Source of the DNA: a virus
Strand: one strand, 5' to 3'
DNA: 64,000 nucleotides
Virus record (IMG/VR): IMGVR_UViG_3300013131_004463
Span: 1-64,000 of that record
The notes beneath the pieces were generated by a model that had not been told where the DNA came from, made no database searches, and saw only the letters and a program-made list of their open reading frames with translations. This document shows, piece by piece, positions 57,489 to 64,000 of this stretch. Made by a program: the position numbers and the translations under genes. How positions within the stretch are numbered: the stretch's first letter is position 1; each line of letters begins with the position of its first letter.

Positions 57489-58670
57489 TTAGAACTGACC
57501 GTTAATAAATAATCCATTAGTTGTATCTTGAGGACCACCAACTTGAGTACTAAATGTTAATGTAACAGTTTTGTTAGCGCCAATATCAGAACTAAATTCT
57601 TGACTATCTAATCTAGAGCCTTTAAGCTTAAATTTAGCCATAGTCAAGGTAGAGTCTGTTGGACTTTTGATTGTTATTGATGGCTCATAAGTTGTAGAAT
57701 CATTTGCAACTATATTTGCAAGACTTCCGGTTACCATATCTGTTACTTGAGCGTCTACGCTTAATGTAACAGTTAATGGGAAGTCAATCTCTCTAGAGAA
57801 TGCAAACTTATTTCCAAGTTTTTCAATTGGAGTACGAGCAAGATCAAAGCTTAATGTATAGCTTTGAATGTTAATAGCATTAACATCTGCGCCACCAGCA
57901 GTAGTATTACTTAAACTTAATGTAATATCACCTGGACGAAGAGCGCTAATAGTATTTCCATTTGAAATTCCAACATTTTGTAAAGCTTGTGGAAGCTGAT
58001 AATAGTTAGTAAGGGGTAGTCCATTAATTGGGTTAACTGCTGGTACAAAATTACCACTTGATGCTGCCCCGTCTGTGCCAATACCAGTTTGGAAATTCAT
58101 ATTTAATCCTTCAACATTAATTGTAGTTGTTGGGAAATTACCAACAGAAGCTTCTGTTGAATAAGAGGTTATGAATGCATTTCCAATTCCAATAACACCA
58201 TTATTTGGATTTGTATTATCTGTATTACCTACTGCATCTGTTCCTTCTGGAGTTGTGCGGATAAAATAATTTCTTTCATCACTTGTTTTATTTAAGAATC
58301 CAGAGATTGCAGAAATGTTAGAATCTGTACCGCCAGAAACAATTGTGAATCCAAGAATATTTTCATTCGCAAGACTAGCATTAATATAGCTAAAATCAAG
58401 AGCAACAGTTGGATTTGTTAGAATTACGCGATCAATTGCTGCGAGTTGACCGAATTGATTTACGTCTGTGCGATCAACAGTAAAACTATAATTTGCAGTT
58501 TGAATTCTTTGAAGTTGTTTGACTAAGTTACCGCTAATGCGCGCCCAATTATTACCAGCAACAGCGTCATTTGTTCTTGCTCCGTTTGCGTCTTGAAAGT
58601 GAAAACCTGTTGCTGGTGCTGGGCCAGCGTAAAGAGCTTCTGATTGATAAATTATTCTATTTCTAGGCAT
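57489..58670 (-). CDS. Major tail tube protein
   Basis: T/S/N/G-rich beta protein (MPRNRIIYQS...), with its own GTGTAA (58699-58694), GGAG RBS and terminator; sits between neck and chaperone genes. Confidence 0.7.
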   Translation of the reverse strand: MPRNRIIYQSEALYAGPAPATGFHFQDANGARTNDAVAGNNWARISGNLVKQLQRIQTANYSFTVDRTDVNQFGQLAAIDRVILTNPTVALDFSYINASLANENILGFTIVSGGTDSNISAISGFLNKTSDERNYFIRTTPEGTDAVGNTDNTNPNNGVIGIGNAFITSYSTEASVGNFPTTTINVEGLNMNFQTGIGTDGAASSGNFVPAVNPINGLPLTNYYQLPQALQNVGISNGNTISALRPGDITLSLSNTTAGGADVNAINIQSYTLSFDLARTPIEKLGNKFAFSREIDFPLTVTLSVDAQVTDMVTGSLANIVANDSTTYEPSITIKSPTDSTLTMAKFKLKGSRLDSQEFSSDIGANKTVTLTFSTQVGGPQDTTNGLFINGQF

Positions 58671-58723
58671 ATTAAATTCTCCATTTATCTTTATTACACC
58701 TTATTTTTAGGTTTTTCCTTTTT

Positions 58724-59587
58724 TTATTGATGAGGGTATCTATTTTGGCTTAGTTCAAAATCAATAAAAGCTGTAAAGAGATTAGGATTTAATTTATTAT
58801 AATTATTACTTAATCTATTATCTATTTTAGATATAGTAACATTATCTATATATAAATACTCATAATCTGGCTGTTTATTTGATATTAATTCTTGATAATT
58901 AAAGCAATGTCCAGTGCAGCTCCCAAGCATATTAAATGGCATCTCATTATCATATATTAATGGCACAAGATCCCTAGAAGTATCTCTAAATATGCTAGTT
59001 ACAGCGTCTAATTTAAATATATTATCAGATAATACGATTGCTCTTACATTAATGTTAGTTTTATCTAAACCACCAAAAGCCAAAGGTTCATTTGCTCCGC
59101 CTTGATATTTTAAATATATAACAGGATATGTTTCAAAATTAGGAGCTAGTCCGGTTGGATTTTGATAAGTTTGAGGTTTAAGTTGAAACTGAGTTTCAAA
59201 CAATAAATCCTCTTCTGTTTCACTTGTTAGGTATACATTAAAGTCTTTAACTGCATAATTTCCACTTATAGATGTTGGCGTGCCAGCTATTGGCTGACTA
59301 AAATATAACTGCCCTTGACTAGCATTTATGCCGCTTAGATAGTTTTGTCCTACGGTAGTAAATGTATTATTAATATATACTCCGCTAATAATATTTGCAT
59401 TTGGCACAGATTCGTCAATTACCATCTGTTTAAATGGCGCGCCATAAGTATAATATCCATAATATCTTGTTTCTATTGGCCAAAAATTACTTGAATAATT
59501 AGTAAAAGCTTCTCCTTTAGTAAGTAATTTATTATCAAACCAAAATAGCATACTGGTCATTGCGACGTTATTAAATTGAACTTTCAT
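58724..59587 (-). CDS. Probable tail terminator/completion protein
   Basis: Synteny upstream of the tube gene; YPVIYL...PLAFGG motif. Confidence 0.45.
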   Translation of the reverse strand: MKVQFNNVAMTSMLFWFDNKLLTKGEAFTNYSSNFWPIETRYYGYYTYGAPFKQMVIDESVPNANIISGVYINNTFTTVGQNYLSGINASQGQLYFSQPIAGTPTSISGNYAVKDFNVYLTSETEEDLLFETQFQLKPQTYQNPTGLAPNFETYPVIYLKYQGGANEPLAFGGLDKTNINVRAIVLSDNIFKLDAVTSIFRDTSRDLVPLIYDNEMPFNMLGSCTGHCFNYQELISNKQPDYEYLYIDNVTISKIDNRLSNNYNKLNPNLFTAFIDFELSQNRYPHQ

Positions 59588-59588
59588 T

Positions 59589-60170
59589 TTATTTAAAACT
59601 TCCTATAAAATTTTTGTATAACAAGCTAAAGTATTTTGCTGGTTTATAAGATGCTCTTCTAACTTTATTCTGACTTTGTATGCCTCTTCCAGATCTGCTT
59701 GAAGAAAACATAAGTCCATATAAATAATTACTAAATCCAGATATACCTTTTTCTATACTCTTTAACCAACTATTGCCGCCTTCAAAAGGCATTGGTGTAT
59801 AAGCTTGAAGTTCTTCTAAAGAAGGCGAAGAGACTCTAAAATTAAATATTCCATCTTTAAATTCGCCTTTTTCTATTCTTGTGTTTTTATCTATTAAATC
59901 TGTAAGATCTTCTATAGGTTTTTCGCCCTGATTAAATCCTATAAAAGTGTATAAATTTCCTTCTCCATTTAAAGTTCTTGAAATATTTTCAGAATCTGGT
60001 CCATTCATTAATTCTTGAGAAATTGGATGATTATTTATGTTATTTAAATATTCTTTTTTTTGATCTTCTAAGATTTTATTAGCAATAATATTAGCTTCTT
60101 TTTCTAAAGATCTTGCTTTAGTTTTAGATATTTCATCTTTAAGGATTAATCTGTTAATTCTACCAGCCAT
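59589..60170 (-). CDS. Probable neck/tail completion protein
   Basis: Synteny; basic protein. Confidence 0.4.
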   Translation of the reverse strand: MAGRINRLILKDEISKTKARSLEKEANIIANKILEDQKKEYLNNINNHPISQELMNGPDSENISRTLNGEGNLYTFIGFNQGEKPIEDLTDLIDKNTRIEKGEFKDGIFNFRVSSPSLEELQAYTPMPFEGGNSWLKSIEKGISGFSNYLYGLMFSSSRSGRGIQSQNKVRRASYKPAKYFSLLYKNFIGSFK

Positions 60171-60607
60171 TATTTTGTTTCCTCTAAATAGTATTGATAG
60201 TAAGTATTATTCAAATATTTTCTTACTCCTGCTGTGGTAATTTGATTAAAAGTTTTGCCATCTAATTGAATATTTATTACTTTGCCTTGATCCATGTAAT
60301 CTCTTGCGTCTTGTTTAACTACTAAAGTGATAATACCACGAGCGATAGACAATCTAACATCCGCTAATATATCTTCGCTTTGTTTTTTATTATAAGATAT
60401 TCTACCTTTGAAAGTAGCTTGAACAGGAATATAATTATAAGCTTCTGGTACAGATTGAGTATCATAGCCGAATAATGGTGTGGTTGCAGGAGAAACAAGA
60501 ACTTTAATTGGTTCTTTGTTTACGGTGAACTCTCTAGAAAAATAATCAAAGAATTTATCAAACTCTTTAGAGAATTTATCTGCTACGCTGGGATCTATAA
60601 AGCTCAT
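60170..60607 (-). CDS. Probable head closure (stopper) protein
   Basis: Synteny, size and beta-rich pattern. Confidence 0.4.
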   Translation of the reverse strand: MSFIDPSVADKFSKEFDKFFDYFSREFTVNKEPIKVLVSPATTPLFGYDTQSVPEAYNYIPVQATFKGRISYNKKQSEDILADVRLSIARGIITLVVKQDARDYMDQGKVINIQLDGKTFNQITTAGVRKYLNNTYYQYYLEETK

Positions 60608-60609
60608 TT

Positions 60610-61119
60610 TTAACCAGCATTATATACTGTGCGAATATTATATAACGCATCTCTTTCTGAGTTGTAAGATCCTGCTATAGTATCATCTCCAGCGACTTGT
60701 AATGGAGACGCTTCATTTATATTATATTTATCAACTAAAGACTTTAATTCTTCATGCTCCTGCTTACGGATTTGATAAAAGCTTTTTAAGACTTCATTAG
60801 TATTTAGTTTTTGTACGCTGCCAAAATCATCTTTGATTGAAGTATAATCAGCAGAAGCAAGGCTACCAATACTCTTTATTTTAATATCAAAAAAGTATAT
60901 GGAATACATTTTTTTAAATATATATTTTTGTACATCTGTAAGACTTGGACTAATTTCTAAAGTTGAACTATCAATTACAAACTCTATATTCAAAAGATTT
61001 CCAAGACCACCAATATTTCTTCTTACCCAAGCAGCAATCGCAGCTATACTAAAATCGCTTGGTTCGCCCATTTCTTCATATATTTCTTGCGCAATAGATG
61101 GTACGGTATTAATAATCAT
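60610..61119 (-). CDS. Probable head-tail adaptor protein
   Basis: First gene of the neck cluster; GTGTAA at 61133-61128. Confidence 0.4.
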   Translation of the reverse strand: MIINTVPSIAQEIYEEMGEPSDFSIAAIAAWVRRNIGGLGNLLNIEFVIDSSTLEISPSLTDVQKYIFKKMYSIYFFDIKIKSIGSLASADYTSIKDDFGSVQKLNTNEVLKSFYQIRKQEHEELKSLVDKYNINEASPLQVAGDDTIAGSYNSERDALYNIRTVYNAG

Positions 61120-61150
61120 ACCTTAAATTACACTTTAAATTATTGTAAAT

Positions 61151-62017
61151 TTAAAGCAAAGTTGATAATATTTCTTCTGTATTAAATGCTTCTGCTATAT
61201 TATAATTACACTGATGAGGCAATCCAACAAACTCTTTTTCAAGTATAATCCCATCTATGTTATGAGTGAAAACTTTAGCTTGATCTTTGGCTAATATATT
61301 AGAATGTATATTATAACCAAGTCTGTCTGGACGAGTGCCTATCCAACAAACAGTAGATGGAAGCATTAACGCAGCTGCGGCATGTTGAGCAAAAGAATCT
61401 ATAAATAATCTTTTTTGACTTAAACCTATCAAACAAAACATGTCTCTCCAATTTGCATTAACTTTTTCTGTATTTTCAAATGATATCTGATCATCCCTAG
61501 CAATATGAAATATATGATATTTATCTTTTAATCTACTCACTAAATTATTAACTAAAAATTCTGGAAGATCTCTTGCCCAACTATAATTATTTCCTTCTCC
61601 ACCGCCATTAGTTTGTAGAAGTAGAATTGGTTTTTCTCTTTTGAACTTCTTTATATTTTCATAAATTTCTGGATAGTTTAAGAATAATCTTGGATTTTCT
61701 CCACTATATTTTAGTCCAAACATGCCACACCAAGCTTCAATTAAATGTTTATTTTCAACTACATATTCATTGCTTTGATATACTTCATTGCCTAAAAATA
61801 TAGTATCTTTATCTTTTATAAAATCTTCATGAAAATATTGAACAGTGTTTGATCTGTATACTCTATGCACAAATGGATTATTAAGAAACGCCTCTGGATA
61901 AGGACAAATTATTATTAATTTTCTATCTGGATAATTTTTATTTATATTTTCAGCAACTGCAGTTGCAGCTATATGTTTACCAATTCCACCTTGAAGAAAA
62001 AATACTACAGTTTTCAA
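61151..62017 (-). CDS. GT9-like glycosyltransferase
   Basis: GGIGKHIAAT, YPEAFLNNPFV, SWARD and IDSFAQHAAAAL. Confidence 0.75.
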   Translation of the reverse strand: MKTVVFFLQGGIGKHIAATAVAENINKNYPDRKLIIICPYPEAFLNNPFVHRVYRSNTVQYFHEDFIKDKDTIFLGNEVYQSNEYVVENKHLIEAWCGMFGLKYSGENPRLFLNYPEIYENIKKFKREKPILLLQTNGGGEGNNYSWARDLPEFLVNNLVSRLKDKYHIFHIARDDQISFENTEKVNANWRDMFCLIGLSQKRLFIDSFAQHAAAALMLPSTVCWIGTRPDRLGYNIHSNILAKDQAKVFTHNIDGIILEKEFVGLPHQCNYNIAEAFNTEEILSTLL

Positions 62018-62018
62018 T

Positions 62019-62765
62019 TTATGCTAATAAAATTTCATTTGCGAATGAAGAATGACCATTATCTCCATTTCTTTCGGTTTGAAAACTAACATCAATTCCA
62101 TAACAATTAATATTAGGATATATTGTTGATAAATATTCATCTACTGGACCGATTATAGTTGATTCTGATAATTTTTTAGCAATTTCTCCTTTTATTATGT
62201 AAGCTTGTAAATATAATGCTGCATTTATTTTATATATATTCTGTGAGTGAGAACGTATCTTAAAATCAGTTGGTTCAAAACTTAAAAAGTTATTTTTATT
62301 ACCCCAGCCAAGTAAAAATATATCAAAATTTAGCTTATTTTTAATATTTTCTAAATCATTAAATAATTCGTTTAGTCTCAGGAAGAAGGTAACATCGTCT
62401 TCCATAATTAATGAATATTCATAATTTTGCGCTAATTTCCAAGCTTTTCTATGACTTTGCGCCACGCAAGCTTCTGAGATAGATATATTAACTAAATCTT
62501 TTTCATAATCATAAGATTTAAGCTTCATTAACTCACTTTGACTAGTAGTTGTGCAGAAATATTCTTTTTGTATTAAATTAAGAAGATTAGCATTCTTGAC
62601 TTTATCTTGATCAACGTATTCTTTACCGTCTTTATTAATAGATATAAAATCTTTATAGTCAATAGCTGGGACTCTTTCAAATTCAACTTCGTGAAAATTT
62701 AAAAGCCCAGTACTATGAATTAGTCTATCTTGTCTTCTATCAAGATTAATAACAAAAGTTTTCAT
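62019..62765 (-). CDS. GT25 glycosyltransferase (paralog A)
   Basis: VINLDRRQDR, CVAQSH, IMEDD, AYII and PVDE. Confidence 0.8.
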   Translation of the reverse strand: MKTFVINLDRRQDRLIHSTGLLNFHEVEFERVPAIDYKDFISINKDGKEYVDQDKVKNANLLNLIQKEYFCTTTSQSELMKLKSYDYEKDLVNISISEACVAQSHRKAWKLAQNYEYSLIMEDDVTFFLRLNELFNDLENIKNKLNFDIFLLGWGNKNNFLSFEPTDFKIRSHSQNIYKINAALYLQAYIIKGEIAKKLSESTIIGPVDEYLSTIYPNINCYGIDVSFQTERNGDNGHSSFANEILLA

Positions 62766-62766
62766 A

Positions 62767-62787
62767 TATTATATATTATATATTATA
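62767..62787. repeat. Tandem repeat (TATTATA)x3
   Basis: Abuts the ATG of 62765; reads as stacked TATAAT boxes on the minus strand. Confidence 0.8.
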
Positions 62788-62815
62788 TATATTTTATATC
62801 AAAATTATTTTATAA

Positions 62816-63559
62816 TTAAATTATTAATCTACTTTTTACTGGATCTGAAGAGTGGGCGTTATCTATTAAATCATTTTCAGTTTGTAGAGAGGCATACATT
62901 CCATAACAATTTATATTTTCATATAGCGCCGCCACATGTTCATCTACTGGACCAATAATAGTAGATTCATAAAGTTTTTTAGCCATATCTTTGGTTACTA
63001 TATATGCATGCAAGCATAATGCATAATTAATTTTTTGTATGAGATATGAAGTATTAATATTTTCTAAAAAAAACATATTCGTTGCATATCCAATAGCCCA
63101 GCCTAATAAAAATATATCAAAATTAACATTAAACTCATTTTCTATATGGTTTAATAAAGGTGGAATTCTTTGAGTAAATGTAATATCATCTTCTAATATC
63201 AAAGAGTAATCATAATTCATGGCTTCTTTCCAAACTTTCTTATGACTTTTAGCAACACAAACTTCTGATAATGTCATCTTTAAAAGATCATTTTCTTTAT
63301 CATAATGTTTTAATTGTAACAATTCATCTTGGCCTCTATGCAAGCAAACATATTCTGTTTGGATCTTTTCTAGTAAATCTGTTTTATTTATTTTTTGATA
63401 ATCTATATATTCTTGATTATTTTCATCTATAGAAATAAAATCTTTATAATCTATTCCTGATATTTTTTCAAAAGATGGAATACCATGAAATTCAAGATGT
63501 TTTTTCATATACTCAAGCCTATCTTGTCTTCTGTCTAAATTAATAACAAAAGTTTTCAT
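62816..63559 (-). CDS. GT25 glycosyltransferase (paralog B)
   Basis: Same N-terminus MKTFVINLDRRQDRL; CVAKSH, ILEDD, HAYIV and ESTIIGPVDE. Confidence 0.8.
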   Translation of the reverse strand: MKTFVINLDRRQDRLEYMKKHLEFHGIPSFEKISGIDYKDFISIDENNQEYIDYQKINKTDLLEKIQTEYVCLHRGQDELLQLKHYDKENDLLKMTLSEVCVAKSHKKVWKEAMNYDYSLILEDDITFTQRIPPLLNHIENEFNVNFDIFLLGWAIGYATNMFFLENINTSYLIQKINYALCLHAYIVTKDMAKKLYESTIIGPVDEHVAALYENINCYGMYASLQTENDLIDNAHSSDPVKSRLII

Positions 63560-63568
63560 ATTTTATAT

Positions 63569-64000
63569 TTATATAGCAGTATTCCCATATATTATGTATC
63601 CGTTATCTCCGCTATGCAATAATGAGATTGTTGCATATTGACCTGCGGTTCTAAATTGATTATTATAACTATTTAGAGTTACTCCTGCTGAACCAGTAAT
63701 TTGAACTTGACCTGCTCCAATTTGTATAATTGATGTATTAAATCCAGTAGGATTTCCAAAACTTATTGTGCCAGTTAACATTGATCCAGAGTTTGCAAGA
63801 ACAATTCTACTATTATATCCTGTGCCAATTGAAAAATTTGTATTTGCATTTAATATATTTGATGTAGCATTAATTAAATTACTATCACAAAAATCAACTC
63901 TTCCAGGAAGTGGAGATGGAGATAAAGTTATATTACTGCCTGTTAAAAATATTCCACCATTAAAATCTAACGATAAAGAGCAAGCGCCTCTTGATGCTTT
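63569..64000 (-). CDS. C-terminal part of a tail-fibre or virion protein, truncated by the window edge
   Basis: Frame is open to nt 64000; IIQIGAGQVQI...GVTLNS...AGQYA pattern resembles fibre C-termini. Confidence 0.6.
   Translation of the reverse strand, partial: KASRGACSLSLDFNGGIFLTGSNITLSPSPLPGRVDFCDSNLINATSNILNANTNFSIGTGYNSRIVLANSGSMLTGTISFGNPTGFNTSIIQIGAGQVQITGSAGVTLNSYNNQFRTAGQYATISLLHSGDNGYIIYGNTAI

Noticed and set aside
1137-61126. Short antisense or nested ORFs in the track (e.g. 1137-1367, 2414-2650, 13860-14156, 49338-49520, 56503-56865)
   Set aside because: They are shadows of longer motif-bearing genes and lack independent signals
31176-61211. GTGTAA copies inside coding regions (e.g. 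near 31176, 55182 and 61206)
   Set aside because: Some hits are expected by chance for an AT-rich hexamer, and these are not positioned just before start codons
1-64000. Stop-codon reassignment (alternative genetic code)
   Set aside because: Conserved genes are full length and densely packed in the standard code
1-64000. CRISPR array, tRNA or rRNA genes
   Set aside because: No regularly spaced repeats seen; the only tRNA-like element found belongs to tmRNA

Overview
This window is a 64-kb piece of a large, very AT-rich tailed dsDNA bacteriophage read in the standard genetic code. It looks siphovirus-like: it has a tail tube, a 2481-aa tape measure and lambda-type M/L/K/I/J tail-tip genes, with no sheath gene seen. 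From left to right it contains: (1) a methyltransferase preceded by a ~310-nt structured non-coding segment, a complete tmRNA with an unusually long tag, and an HNH endonuclease; (2) two probable virion-surface proteins (FN3-containing; Pro/Thr-rich); (3) an ~19-kb glycosylation island with about 10 glycosyltransferases, methyltransferases and nucleotide-sugar enzymes (RmlB, Gmd, epimerase/reductase, C-methyltransferase, RfbH); (4) a replication module with RecA, DnaB, ThyX, primase, a Cas4/AddB-like nuclease, a DnaE polymerase split into PHP, exonuclease and core genes, and a split GT4/GT9 pair; (5) an inverted tail-tip cassette; and (6) tape measure, chaperone, tail tube and neck genes followed by three more glycosyltransferases. 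Two promoter classes are readable: sigma70 promoters that appear to give leaderless mRNAs, and a recurring GTGTAA element before structural genes and the tmRNA. The best leads are a probable virion-glycosylation system, a tape measure whose GFIPNF repeats bracket a PD-(D/E)XK-like insert, and the unassigned structured RNA. All calls come from motifs recognised by eye; no database searches were run.
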